A stretch of DNA of 57,867 nt from an uncultured Thermoplasmata archaeon (GCA_964394465.1 CAYMXS010000004.1:16905-74771), one strand, 5' to 3'; counted from the stretch's first letter, positions 18,662-29,129 are shown. Translations and numbers: made by a program. The notes: generated from the letters alone by a model not told the origin.

Positions 18662-20008
18662 TTGCTGGAACTGCCGCCTGAGATGGAGGAAAGGCTGGAA
18701 GATGCAGCCGATATACTAGATGAACATGATAAGTTCAGGATCCTGACCCATTACGACGGCGACGGTATCTCTGCAGCGGCCGTGCTTTCCACGGCGTTGA
18801 TGAAGGTCAAGAAGGGATTTCACGCTTCTTTTTTGCATTCATTTCCAGACAGGTTGCCGGAAGGTTTGCCCCTTATCTTCACCGACTTGGGCAACGCCGA
18901 TCTTGAGGATATATTGAACTCCAAGATGGATGAACCGGTCATCGTGCTGGATCATCACAAAGTAGAGAACGGCGTGGATAGTCAAGAGGGGAATGTCTTC
19001 ATAAACCCCCACGATTACGGCATAGACGGGGCTAGGGAGATAAGCGGTTCTACGCTGGCCTTTCTACTGGCCATCACCTTCAACGAGGAGAATTGGACAG
19101 AAACATTATATGGATTGGCCGGAGCCGCCGCCGATAAACAGAACGTTGACGGAGGCTTCATCGGACCGAACAAAAAAATACTCAAAGCGGCATTGGAAAG
19201 GGAGGTGCTGAAAGAGAGAGAAGGCCTTTTTATAGACGGCGAAGACCTCGAAGACTCACTGAAGAAGGCAGGCGATCCCTATTTTCCAGGGATATCCGGG
19301 AGAGAAAAAGAGATCGAAAAATTACTGGAAGATGTCGGTTTGGATCCAGAGATCTCTGTGGAAGATATACCGAGTGATAAAGACAGGAAGCTGACATCCC
19401 TCCTCGCTCTGTCCCTCTTGAAGAAAGATATCCCTTCCCATGTCATCGAATCGATCAGAGGAGCCAAGTATTACCAACCTCAGAAGGAGATGGACATAGA
19501 CCGGCTTTACAAGTTGCTGAACGCGTGTGCACGGACTGAAAGACAGAGCCTGGGTCTATCGCTCTGTTTGGGCGATAAAAGCTCACTACAGGAGGCCGTG
19601 GAGATAAGAAAGGATTATCGAAGAGAAATGATAGGATGTCTTAAAACCCTGGAAGAGGAGGGGCCAGAGAAAAAGGACAATATCCAGTACTTCTACGAGG
19701 AGAAGAGAGAAAGGAAGGGCGAGGTTGCGGGTTTAGGGATGCTCTATTTCCTGGAACAGGACAAGCCCGTTTTCGGTCTCTCTGAGTACAGTGAAGATGG
19801 AAAAGAAAAGGTGGATATATCCGCGAGAGGAACGAAAAAGATGATCCAAAAAGGAGTGGACCTGGGTAAGCTGTGCCGGGAAGTCTCTAGCGACTTCGCT
19901 GGTTCTGGTGGAGGACACGATATAGCTGCGGGGGCCACGGTGGACAAAAAGGATATAGAGGATTTCTTGACGAGAATGGATGACAGGATAGGAGAGATCC
20001 TAGGATGA
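18662..20008 (+). CDS. DHH-family phosphoesterase, RecJ/Cdc45-like
   Basis: HYDGDG, FTDLG, LDHH, DISARG and GGGHDIAAGA (DHHA1). Conserved position after rps15 in archaea. Confidence 0.9.
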   Translation: MLELPPEMEERLEDAADILDEHDKFRILTHYDGDGISAAAVLSTALMKVKKGFHASFLHSFPDRLPEGLPLIFTDLGNADLEDILNSKMDEPVIVLDHHKVENGVDSQEGNVFINPHDYGIDGAREISGSTLAFLLAITFNEENWTETLYGLAGAAADKQNVDGGFIGPNKKILKAALEREVLKEREGLFIDGEDLEDSLKKAGDPYFPGISGREKEIEKLLEDVGLDPEISVEDIPSDKDRKLTSLLALSLLKKDIPSHVIESIRGAKYYQPQKEMDIDRLYKLLNACARTERQSLGLSLCLGDKSSLQEAVEIRKDYRREMIGCLKTLEEEGPEKKDNIQYFYEEKRERKGEVAGLGMLYFLEQDKPVFGLSEYSEDGKEKVDISARGTKKMIQKGVDLGKLCREVSSDFAGSGGGHDIAAGATVDKKDIEDFLTRMDDRIGEILG

Positions 20009-20111
20009 AAAATCTAGTCCATGTGGTATAGACCTTCATAACCGAAGGTTTTATATCGGGTTTAAAGAATTGGAACGATAATCAAGAAAAGTTTGACAAG
20101 GGGTCTGAAAA

Positions 20112-21551
20112 TTGGTTTTTGGAAGAGGTAAGAAGGAAAAAGCCATAAAAAAATTGAAGTCACTGGAATCAAAGGCTGAGAAGGCTAAGAGAAAAGGAAA
20201 CACAGAGGAGGCCGCCAGGAAATACCAGGAGATGATGGACTATCTCAAGGAACACGAGAGAGATATAAAGGACACCGGAAGGGTCTCCGAGATATTCACC
20301 AGGATAGGCGACGGTCTCTACAGCCTGGGAAAGTACAGAGAATCTCTAGAGTGCTTCGAAAAGGCGCTCAATAGAAATCCTGACAATATGAACGCACTCC
20401 TGAAGAAGGGGCTGAGCTATGTAAGCATGGACGAGATGGAGGAATACGCCCTCGAGTGCTTCAACGACGTCCTTAGAAAGGACCCGGACAACCACAAAGC
20501 ATTGGTCAACAAGGCAAACGTTTTCAGACATCTTGGATGGACAGACAGGGCAATGGAGACATTCAGAGGACTTCTAGAGGACGACCCCTCGAACATCTCC
20601 TATATAAACAAACTAGTCAAACAGAACCCTGATGATCCCAACCTATGGAAATTGGAGGGAGAAAATTTCGAGAGAAAAGGGGACCTGGACAAAGCCGCAA
20701 AGGCATACCAGAAGGTCATAGCTCTAGGATCCAAGGAAGAAGAGGTCTTCGAGAAACTCATCGAGTTGAAGCCGGATGATAAAGATTTCATACTTAAGCA
20801 GGCTAAGAATCTTGAGAACAACGATGAACAGGAGAAGGCAAAAAAACTCTACAAGAAATATCTAGACAAGAACTCAGTGGATGTAGACGTTCTAGATAGA
20901 CTGCTCAATATACAGCCTGAAAATCCAGAACTACTTAAGAAAAAGGCTGAGATCCTAGAAGAGAAGGGGGAAACATCTGAAGCGCTCTCTATCTATGAAG
21001 AACTCTATGAGATGAAAGACGATGAGCTCGGCTATTATGACAAGGCACTAGAGCTTCAACCCGATAATATAGACCTGCTCTACGATAAGGGTGAACTCCT
21101 TTACACCTCCAGGGAGTTCGAAAAGGCCGCGGAGGTATACGACGAATTACTGGAACAGGGAGAGAAAAACATCGACGTCTGGCATAACAAAGGTGTCTGC
21201 TTGTTCAACAGCGAGCAGTACGAAGAAGCTATCGAGGCCTTCGATAAGGCCCTCGAGGAGGATGAGGAAGAATTAGATATCTGGCTCAGCAGGGGGGTTG
21301 CTGAATATAAACTGGAGAATTATCAGGAGGCCGAGGACTCCTTCAACGAGGTAGTGAAGAGAGACCAGGACGAACCCCGAGCGTGGTTCTTCAAGTCGAA
21401 GATAGCCGCCATACGAGGGAAAGAGAAGCCATCCAATCAGTTCCTTAAGAGGGCTATACAGCTGGACGATGAGTTCAAACAGAAAGCCGAGGATGACGAA
21501 GACTTAGAGATAATAAAAGACACGGATAAGTACAAAGAACTTGTTTCCTAG
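20112..21551 (+). CDS. Tetratricopeptide repeat protein
   Basis: Multiple TPR units (e.g. WHNKGVCLFNSEQYEEAIEAFDKALE). TTG start with SD. Confidence 0.88.
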   Translation: MVFGRGKKEKAIKKLKSLESKAEKAKRKGNTEEAARKYQEMMDYLKEHERDIKDTGRVSEIFTRIGDGLYSLGKYRESLECFEKALNRNPDNMNALLKKGLSYVSMDEMEEYALECFNDVLRKDPDNHKALVNKANVFRHLGWTDRAMETFRGLLEDDPSNISYINKLVKQNPDDPNLWKLEGENFERKGDLDKAAKAYQKVIALGSKEEEVFEKLIELKPDDKDFILKQAKNLENNDEQEKAKKLYKKYLDKNSVDVDVLDRLLNIQPENPELLKKKAEILEEKGETSEALSIYEELYEMKDDELGYYDKALELQPDNIDLLYDKGELLYTSREFEKAAEVYDELLEQGEKNIDVWHNKGVCLFNSEQYEEAIEAFDKALEEDEEELDIWLSRGVAEYKLENYQEAEDSFNEVVKRDQDEPRAWFFKSKIAAIRGKEKPSNQFLKRAIQLDDEFKQKAEDDEDLEIIKDTDKYKELVS

Positions 21552-21556
21552 ACAAG

Positions 21557-22303
21557 ATGAACGAAGTTAAGATCGATACCGACCTTTTTATAAGCGCGAA
21601 TCTGTGTGCCTGGCATAGTGGAAGGCAGGCCGTTTTACTCTCGGACCTACATCTGGGATACGAAGCTAGTCTAGAAGACGAAGGCTTTTCCTTCCCCGTG
21701 ATCCAAAAAGAAGAGATACTGGATAGATTATCCACCATGAAAAGAAGGTATGATCCTGAAGCGTTCATCGTTCTTGGAGATTTTAAACACGAGTTCGGGA
21801 GGAGCGATAAGAAGGAGTTCAAAGAAGTCCTAGATGTGATGGACTACATCCTGGAGGACTCAGAACTCATAATAGTGAGGGGGAACCACGATAATTATCT
21901 CAGAAACCTGACCGAGATGAAGAACGTCGTGCTCTATGAAGAGGATCTTCACATGGACTCTCTGCTTCTAGCCCACGGCCACGAACGTTTGAAAGAAAGA
22001 GGCGATTCCTTGAGTATAATAGGTCATGAACACCCCGCGATCCAGACGACCGGAGAACTGGGCGACAGGATGAAGTTGAAGTGCTTTCTATACCATCCCA
22101 AAGAGAAGATACTCGTCCTGCCGGCCCTATCACCCATGGCCGAAGGAAGAGATGTGATCAAGCCAGAGGGCTTCTTCTCCGAGGCTTTAAGGCCCTTTGA
22201 AAGGGTAAAGGATGAATTCCAAGTCTACGCTATAACGGACCAGGGCTTGATGGATTTTCAGACCATCGGTGCCATTAGAGAGGCCTCCTTAAAAGATAGA
22301 TAG
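21557..22303 (+). CDS. Metallophosphoesterase (SbcD/Mre11-related calcineurin-like family)
   Basis: SDLHLG, LGDFKH, RGNHD, HGH, GHEHP. Confidence 0.88.
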   Translation: MNEVKIDTDLFISANLCAWHSGRQAVLLSDLHLGYEASLEDEGFSFPVIQKEEILDRLSTMKRRYDPEAFIVLGDFKHEFGRSDKKEFKEVLDVMDYILEDSELIIVRGNHDNYLRNLTEMKNVVLYEEDLHMDSLLLAHGHERLKERGDSLSIIGHEHPAIQTTGELGDRMKLKCFLYHPKEKILVLPALSPMAEGRDVIKPEGFFSEALRPFERVKDEFQVYAITDQGLMDFQTIGAIREASLKDR

Positions 22304-22344
22304 ATCACGGGGGAAGATTTAAATACTCAATCATAGCTTTTCGC

Positions 22345-22542
22345 CTTGAAACAGTTGAAAATATCGATAGAGAGGAATAGATAATTATTTACGCGTTCCT
22401 CAATTGATTCATCCCTCAATTACCCTTCACTACCTTCAAACTATCATCAAAGGACGGTATAAGGTATAGTGTATGGTACTTTGTGTATTTCAGGTGATGG
22501 GGTGTAGATATTTTCAGCTGTTTTACATACATCAAGAGGTGG
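22345..22542 (+). ncRNA. Putative structured 5' leader RNA of dnaG (multi-stem junction)
   Basis: 17-bp stem 22349-22365/22507-22523 with one U-G; hairpin 22372-22377/22396-22401; stem 22410-22418/22495-22504; stem 22421-22436/22461-22478; upstream TTTAAATA box around 22318-22325. Confidence 0.6.
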
Positions 22543-22548
22543 TCATAT

Positions 22549-23802
22549 ATGGATATTGATCCAAGTACAACTAAATACGTAATCAAAACAAGACTGGAAG
22601 CTAACGGCGTTGTAGAGAAACCAGACGTAGTCGGTGCTATATTCGGACAGACAGAAGGACTTCTAGGTGACGAGTTGGACCTCCGTAATCTCCAAAAGAG
22701 TGGAAGGATGGGCAGGATAGAAGTGGACGTCCATTCTTCCAAGGGGACTTCAAAAGGTACGATAACCATCCCTTCAAGTCTCGACCTGGTGGAGACATCG
22801 ATCATAGCGGCGGCCCTGGAAACCATAGACAGAGTCGGACCCTGTAAAGCCGACATATCGATAGAGGAGATAGAGGACGTCAGAGAATCCAAGAGAGCGA
22901 AGATAGTAGAGAGGGCTAAACAGTTGCTTTCACAGACATTGGAGAAGAGCAAGGTCCCTACAGGGAACATAACCGAATCAGTTAGACAGGAAGTCCAGAT
23001 GGAGGAGATCAGCAGGTACGGTGACGATAAATCTCCTGCCGGTCCTAACATAAAGGATTCCGACGCTATAATAATCGTCGAAGGTAGGTCCGATGTTCTC
23101 AACCTTTTAAGGTACGGTATCAAGAACGCTATCGCAGTTGAAGGCACAGACATACCAGACCCCATCAAGCAGCTCTCATCCGAGAGGGTCACTACGGCCT
23201 TCGTCGACGGGGACAGAGGCGGCTCTTTGATACTGAAGGAACTGCTGGAGACGGCGGAAGTGGACTACGTGGCCAGAGCACCGGACAACAGCGAGGTCGA
23301 AGAACTGACCCAAAAACAGATCATGAAGGCTTTACGAAGTAAGATACCGGTGGACCAGTACATAGAGATGTACGATCTAGATGTGGAAAGAAAGACTACA
23401 CAGGACAGGGGATACCAAGAGAAGGATAGTTCCGAGCCCGACGTAGCTAAGGCCGATTCCTCGGATACCGATTCTAGTTCTGACTCCGAAAGCGAAGAGC
23501 AGGACCAATACGCTCGGTACAAAGACGTGATAAAGGAGATCAGGAACGACAAGATAGCCAGGCTGTTCAACGGGGACGGCAAACTCATCAAGGAAGTCAA
23601 AACCAGAGAACTAGCTGACACGCTGTTGGACACGGACACGGAGATAAACGACGTGATCTTCAACGGTATAATAACCCAAAGACTGGTGGACATAGCAGCC
23701 GATGAAGGGATCAAACGGTTGATGGGCAGGAAGGTTGGCAACATACCTAAGAGACCGACGTCAGTGGAACTGCTTCCATGGAAAAAGATCATGAACAATT
23801 AA
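22549..23802 (+). CDS. dnaG: Archaeal DnaG (TOPRIM; primase-like exosome-associated protein)
   Basis: GVVEKPDVVGAIFGQTEGLLG, IIVEGRSDVLNLL, FVDGDRGG, GIITQRLVD. Confidence 0.96.
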   Translation: MDIDPSTTKYVIKTRLEANGVVEKPDVVGAIFGQTEGLLGDELDLRNLQKSGRMGRIEVDVHSSKGTSKGTITIPSSLDLVETSIIAAALETIDRVGPCKADISIEEIEDVRESKRAKIVERAKQLLSQTLEKSKVPTGNITESVRQEVQMEEISRYGDDKSPAGPNIKDSDAIIIVEGRSDVLNLLRYGIKNAIAVEGTDIPDPIKQLSSERVTTAFVDGDRGGSLILKELLETAEVDYVARAPDNSEVEELTQKQIMKALRSKIPVDQYIEMYDLDVERKTTQDRGYQEKDSSEPDVAKADSSDTDSSSDSESEEQDQYARYKDVIKEIRNDKIARLFNGDGKLIKEVKTRELADTLLDTDTEINDVIFNGIITQRLVDIAADEGIKRLMGRKVGNIPKRPTSVELLPWKKIMNN

Positions 23803-23806
23803 AACC

Positions 23807-23841
23807 CTTTATTTTCTTTTTCTTGATTTTACGTTCTTTTT
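23807..23841 (+). terminator. Oligo-T terminator
   Basis: T tracts after the dnaG stop. Confidence 0.55.
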
Positions 23842-23939
23842 ACGTTCTATGTCCCTGTTTTCAGATGCGATAAAGAGCTGTCTCCAACTTCTTACCAGAA
23901 TTTTTTTATATATAGACCCTTGCTCCATGTTAGATAACC

Positions 23940-26558
23940 ATGAAATACGTCTATTCGTTCGAAGAAGGGAGCGCCGATATGAAGGATCAACTCGGCGGTA
24001 AAGGGTCGAATCTGGCAGAGATGACTACGATAGGATTGAACGTTCCTCCGGGTTATACCGTAACCACGGAAGCGTGCTTGGATTATCTTGACAAGGGAAG
24101 ACTGAGTGAAGAGATAAAGGAACAGATGAAGGAGTACATGAATAAGTTGGAGGAAAAGATGGGTCAGGAGTTCGGCGACCCCGACAATCCTCTGCTCGTT
24201 TCAGTAAGGTCCGGGGCCGCGGTTTCCATGCCCGGCATGATGGATACCATCCTCAATCTGGGGCTGAACGAAGAGACCGTAGAGGGTCTTGTAAAGAAGA
24301 CCGACGAGAGGTTCGCCTACGACAGCTATAGAAGATTCGTCAACATGTTCGGTGAAGTCGTGAGGGGCATACCCCATAGAGAGTTTGAAGACATCATGGA
24401 CAAGGTCAAAGACAAGCGGGGTGCGGATCAGGATGTGGACCTCGATGCAGAAGGGATGAAGGAAGTGACCAGAAGATACAAGGAGTTGGTGGGAGACATA
24501 CCTGACGATCCCTGGGAACAGCTGAAAGAGGCGACGAAAGCGGTCTTCGGTTCCTGGGACAACGAAAGAGCCATACGGTATAGGAACCTGAACGATCTTC
24601 CCCACGATATGGGGACCGCGGTCAACGTACAGACCATGGTCTATGGTAACACGGGAGAGAACTCCGGCAGCGGTGTGGCCTTTACAAGAGACCCGTCCAC
24701 GGGAGAGAACAAGATATATGGAGAGTTCCTACAGAATGCGCAGGGCGAAGACGTCGTTGCTGGTATCAGAACGCCCTTAGACATCTCCGACCTGAAGGAT
24801 ATGTGGCCCGAGATATATGAAGAGTTAGAAGAGGTGTGCCACACCCTGGAAGAGGAGTACAAGGACATGCAGGACCTGGAGTTCACCGTAGAGGACAAGG
24901 AACTTTACATACTGCAGACAAGGACGGGAAAGAGGACCCCTAATGCGGCAGTGAAGATAGCCCACGACATGCACGAAGAGGGTATTATCAGCAAGAAAGT
25001 AGCGTTGTTGAGAGTCGAAGGTGAACAGATAGAGAAGATACTGCACAAGAGGATCGATCCCGACGCAGAGCTGGATAAACTCACCCAGGGGCTCAACGCC
25101 TCTCCAGGAGCAGCGTCAGGCAAAGTCGTGTTCGATACGGACGAGGCGGAGAAAAGAGGAAACGAAGGTGAGAACATCATCCTTGTCAGGCCGGAGACCA
25201 CGCCTGAGGACATCCACGGTCTGGCGGCCGCCCAAGGTGTGTTGACCAGCAGAGGCGGGATGACAAGTCATGCGGCGGTCGTTGCTAGAGGAATGGGTGA
25301 GCCATGTGTTGCGGGAGCGGAAGAGATAGATATAGACCTTGAAGGAGAAACGTTCAAGGTCAAAGGTAAAACGATAAAGAAGGACGATATAATAACGATA
25401 GACGGCACGACTGGAGACGTGATCGTCGGTGAAGCTCCTCTGATAGAGCCCGAGTTCACTGAAGAGTTCGAGAAACTGCTCGGATGGGCCGACAACATCA
25501 GAAAGATGGGCGTCTGGACAAACGCGGATACACCAGAAGACGCGCAGAAAGCCCTGGACTTCGGGGCGGAAGGTATAGGCCTCTGCAGGACTGAGCACAT
25601 GTTCTTCGAGCCCGGAAGATTAGAAGTCGTACACGAGATGATCATCGCAGAGGACGAGGAGCAGAGGAAAGAGGCCCTCGATGAACTCTTACCGATGCAG
25701 AAGAAGGACTTCAAAGAGCTCTTCGAAGTCATGGACGGCCTCACTTTGACTATACGCCTGCTCGATCCTCCACTACATGAATTCGCTCCGACGGACAGGG
25801 AATCTCAAGAGGAACTGGCTGAAAAGTTGGACGTGGATGTCGAAACCATCCAGAATAGAGTGGCCCGCCTGGACGAGGCGAACCCCATGCTCGGACATAG
25901 AGGATGCAGGCTGGGGATAACCTATCCAGATATATACAAGATGCAGGTACAGGCTATACTAGAAGCCGCCGCCGAAGTCAAAGAAGAGGGCACGGAAGTA
26001 GAACCTCACATAATGGTACCTCTGGTCGGCAACGTGAAGGAACTGGAGAACGTCAAAGAGAATATCGTAGAACCGGTCGTAGAGGACGTCTTCGATGAAT
26101 ATGGTGAAATGGACTATCAAGTGGGAACCATGATAGAGATACCCAGAGCGGCGCTCACCGCGGACGAGATAGCGGAGGAAGCGGAGTTCTTCTCCTTCGG
26201 TACAAATGACTTAACGCAGATGGGATTCGGATTCAGTAGAGACGACGTAGGTACCTTCGTCCCCAACTACTTGGATGAAGGTATAATGGACGACGATCCG
26301 TTCCAGGTGTTAGACCAAGAAGGCATAGGAGAACTGGTCAAGATGGGAACCGAGAGAGGCAGAGAAACCCAGGAAGATCTTTCAGTAGGGATCTGCGGAG
26401 AGCACGGCGGAGAGCCAAAATCAGTAAAATTCTGCTACCGCTCCGGTCTAGACTACGTCAGCTGCTCGCCTTACAGAGTTCCAGTAGCCAGGATAGCCGC
26501 AGCAAAGGTGGTCATAGAGGACGAGATGGAAGTCGACGAAGGAGTAGAAGGGTACTGA
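23940..26558 (+). CDS. ppdK: Pyruvate, phosphate dikinase
   Basis: LGGKG, PLLVSVRSGA, GGMTSHAAVVARG (phospho-His), GLCRTEHM, GICGEHGG. Confidence 0.97.
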   Translation: MKYVYSFEEGSADMKDQLGGKGSNLAEMTTIGLNVPPGYTVTTEACLDYLDKGRLSEEIKEQMKEYMNKLEEKMGQEFGDPDNPLLVSVRSGAAVSMPGMMDTILNLGLNEETVEGLVKKTDERFAYDSYRRFVNMFGEVVRGIPHREFEDIMDKVKDKRGADQDVDLDAEGMKEVTRRYKELVGDIPDDPWEQLKEATKAVFGSWDNERAIRYRNLNDLPHDMGTAVNVQTMVYGNTGENSGSGVAFTRDPSTGENKIYGEFLQNAQGEDVVAGIRTPLDISDLKDMWPEIYEELEEVCHTLEEEYKDMQDLEFTVEDKELYILQTRTGKRTPNAAVKIAHDMHEEGIISKKVALLRVEGEQIEKILHKRIDPDAELDKLTQGLNASPGAASGKVVFDTDEAEKRGNEGENIILVRPETTPEDIHGLAAAQGVLTSRGGMTSHAAVVARGMGEPCVAGAEEIDIDLEGETFKVKGKTIKKDDIITIDGTTGDVIVGEAPLIEPEFTEEFEKLLGWADNIRKMGVWTNADTPEDAQKALDFGAEGIGLCRTEHMFFEPGRLEVVHEMIIAEDEEQRKEALDELLPMQKKDFKELFEVMDGLTLTIRLLDPPLHEFAPTDRESQEELAEKLDVDVETIQNRVARLDEANPMLGHRGCRLGITYPDIYKMQVQAILEAAAEVKEEGTEVEPHIMVPLVGNVKELENVKENIVEPVVEDVFDEYGEMDYQVGTMIEIPRAALTADEIAEEAEFFSFGTNDLTQMGFGFSRDDVGTFVPNYLDEGIMDDDPFQVLDQEGIGELVKMGTERGRETQEDLSVGICGEHGGEPKSVKFCYRSGLDYVSCSPYRVPVARIAAAKVVIEDEMEVDEGVEGY

Positions 26559-26582
26559 ACCCTCAAAACTTTTTTCTTTTTT

Positions 26583-27023
26583 TCAATCGCTGGGTTTGAA
26601 TTCTCCGTTCTTAGAAGTGCTCTTCTTGAAACGTTTATGCGTCAGTTGAAAATCAAGCTTCTCGTAGAACTCCTCTAGACCTGGATTATCCACGTTCAGA
26701 TGCACAGAGGCAGAAGCGTTCTCCGGAACTACTTCTTCAACCAATCTAGAGCCTATACCTTTTCCCTGGAACTCTTCTTCCACGGCAAGATGGGCGATGT
26801 GAAACTTATCGAAAAAAGGTGTGTGAACGCCCGCAGCCGCACCGATCAAACGCTCTTCATGGTAAGCACCTATGACTCTGCCCTCCTGAAAGCAATACTC
26901 CAGGTCCTCCTTCAAGGCATCTTCAGAGATGAATTCCTCGAGATATCCGTGGAGGAGGTTAAGATAATCCTCTTTCCTTTCTAGCTCCCTTTCATGGGCC
27001 TCTATGTATTCCACGTCAATCAT
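26583..27023 (-). CDS. GNAT family N-acetyltransferase
   Basis: LAVEEEFQGKGIGSRL acetyl-CoA motif; FYEKLDF. Confidence 0.88.
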   Translation of the reverse strand: MIDVEYIEAHERELERKEDYLNLLHGYLEEFISEDALKEDLEYCFQEGRVIGAYHEERLIGAAAGVHTPFFDKFHIAHLAVEEEFQGKGIGSRLVEEVVPENASASVHLNVDNPGLEEFYEKLDFQLTHKRFKKSTSKNGEFKPSD

Positions 27024-28098
27024 CCTTTTCCTCGGTCATGAACCTGTTTTCTATCTCGTCGGCTATCTCATCTACTCCGTGCACTAAGGCGTCCTGGGCC
27101 GGTACATTGTATCTCTTTTCGTACATCTCCTTCCACTCGTCCGGGTCTATGCCACCCTCGTGGTTTATTCCTATGGCTATGACCGAATCCGGATAGAAGA
27201 ACTCTATGGTTTTTTTCTCTTCTTCAAGGTCTGGTGGGGGAAAATCCGGAAGACCGTCCTTTTCCTTTCTACCCGGCGCGTGGATAAGTACGACACCGTG
27301 AGGATGGACGCCCTTCATCAGAGCTAGAGGATTACCTCCCTGAGGATGTGCTATACATGCTTGACCTTCTATTATTATCACGTCGTGATCGTTCTCTGAC
27401 GCCTCTAAAACAACTCGTTCGGCCTCTCCGCTGAGAAAGTCTCCTCTTATTCCATCTAGTGGAAAACCGTATTTGGCTCCCTGCATCATGCCCGTCTGGC
27501 CCGTGGCTACGAAAGCCGGGTTATAGCCCCTTCTGGTGAACTCTTTATATATCTCTATACAGAAAGTCCTTTTTCCTATAGCGCAGTCCGTACCGGAAAC
27601 GAGGATCCTAGGCGGCTTATCCATATCTCTCAGTTCTCCAGTGAAGAACTGGGGGTTCTCCAGTTCTTTTCTTACGTCCCAGATGTCAACGCCATGCTTC
27701 TCCGCCTTCTTTTTGAATTCCTCTTCCTCTGATATATGGTCGTGGCACCCGTGGACTACGTCCATGCCGTTCTCAATGGCTCTTAGAAAAACTTCTTTCT
27801 GGTCGTAGGGGAAACCGCCTCCATCTCTAGCTATGCCGTTGATGAAGGCCTCCGGTTTGACCTCTAAACGTCCCAAGGCTTCCTCCAGACCATCGAATAT
27901 CGGGATATCTTTTTCGACGTCTTGAAGGACCTCCTTAACGGAGTCTTCCTCCCTTGTGCTGTCTATAACTCCGACTATCTCGTACTTCTCGGAGAACCTT
28001 ACAAGGCCATTGGCCGTTTTCCCGTCTATCTTTCCGAACTCTCCTTCCGCATATATCAAAGCGGGTATCTTTTCCTCTATATCAAACATCTTCAACAC
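27016..28098 (-). CDS. DUF1611 family P-loop protein (DgcN-like)
   Basis: GKTANGLVRFS, GTDCAIGKRT, FVATGQTGMMQG, IIIEGQ. Confidence 0.85.
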   Translation of the reverse strand: MLKMFDIEEKIPALIYAEGEFGKIDGKTANGLVRFSEKYEIVGVIDSTREEDSVKEVLQDVEKDIPIFDGLEEALGRLEVKPEAFINGIARDGGGFPYDQKEVFLRAIENGMDVVHGCHDHISEEEEFKKKAEKHGVDIWDVRKELENPQFFTGELRDMDKPPRILVSGTDCAIGKRTFCIEIYKEFTRRGYNPAFVATGQTGMMQGAKYGFPLDGIRGDFLSGEAERVVLEASENDHDVIIIEGQACIAHPQGGNPLALMKGVHPHGVVLIHAPGRKEKDGLPDFPPPDLEEEKKTIEFFYPDSVIAIGINHEGGIDPDEWKEMYEKRYNVPAQDALVHGVDEIADEIENRFMTEEKDD

Positions 28099-29020
28099 CC
28101 GAAGTCAAGACGACTACGTGTTTTCCTTCTATATCGTTATCGTTTAGATACTTATCTAAGGCCCCTAAAGCTGTTGCAGAGCATGGTATGACTCTGATGT
28201 TCTCCTTCTTCAGGAGTTCCTGATAGTGAACTATCTCATCGTCGGTCAACCCAAAAGCGGTTCCACCGGTATCATAGATAGCGTTTATAGCTTCCTGGCC
28301 GTCGAAGGCCCGCCAGTTCAAGAGGGGTTCGTTTATCTCTGTTTCATGCAGACTGTCGGGATCTAGTTCTAGAATCTCCTCGCTCCTCTTTCTTATGGTT
28401 TCGACGATGGCGTTGTTGTTCCTGCTCGATGCGGCGATCATCCTAGGTACATCTTTAGCCCTCTGTTTTCTAGTAAGCAAACGATAGCCCAGATGTATAC
28501 CAGCTATGGTTGTTCCATTTCCCACCGCGACTGAGAGGGTTTCTGGGCACTCACCCAGTTGTTCCTGGATCTCCTCCGCGATCTCCGTGTAAGCCACCAG
28601 TGATATAGGCGTGTTCTTCTTACCCGGGTTGGCGTCGTACCAGCCGTTCTCCTCCGCTTTTCTTTTGCTTTCATCCACGGATTCCTCGTAACCACCTTCG
28701 ACCTTGAATACCTCAGCGCCGTACTTCTCCATACGATCTTTATGGTCGGAAACGTACTTCTTGGGAGTGAATATCTTGCAGTTCAAATTGGTTTTGTAGG
28801 CCACGAAGCTCATCGCAACGGCGTAATTTCCGCAGGAACCTACAGTTATGGTGTCGTAGTTGCGGATTATAGCGTCATCTACGTGCTGTATCGCCAGACG
28901 GTCTTTGTGCGTACCTGTAGGATTCTCTCCCTCCAGTTTCAAATATAATTCATCGATATCCAATATCTCAGACAGTACATCTGCCTTCTTCAAGCAAGTG
29001 TTTCCGATATCATAGGTCAT
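28082..29020 (-). CDS. PLP-dependent fold-type II enzyme (threonine synthase-like)
   Basis: LYLKLEGENPTGTHKDR (PLP lysine), GSCGNYA, VAVGNGTT. Confidence 0.85.
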   Translation of the reverse strand: MTYDIGNTCLKKADVLSEILDIDELYLKLEGENPTGTHKDRLAIQHVDDAIIRNYDTITVGSCGNYAVAMSFVAYKTNLNCKIFTPKKYVSDHKDRMEKYGAEVFKVEGGYEESVDESKRKAEENGWYDANPGKKNTPISLVAYTEIAEEIQEQLGECPETLSVAVGNGTTIAGIHLGYRLLTRKQRAKDVPRMIAASSRNNNAIVETIRKRSEEILELDPDSLHETEINEPLLNWRAFDGQEAINAIYDTGGTAFGLTDDEIVHYQELLKKENIRVIPCSATALGALDKYLNDNDIEGKHVVVLTSGVEDV

Positions 29021-29129
29021 GAGTACAAATATTGAACGTATCTATCATAAAAAGCTTTGTGTAATGGAGAACGACTTGAAGATTATGAAAAAAATAAAAA
29101 ATAAAACAAGGGGTTTTGAGTAGTACTGT

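Noticed and set aside
28082-29020. Assigning the gene symbol thrC
   Set aside because: The fold is threonine-synthase-like, but the DUF1611/GNAT context and lack of thr pathway genes leave the reaction uncertain.
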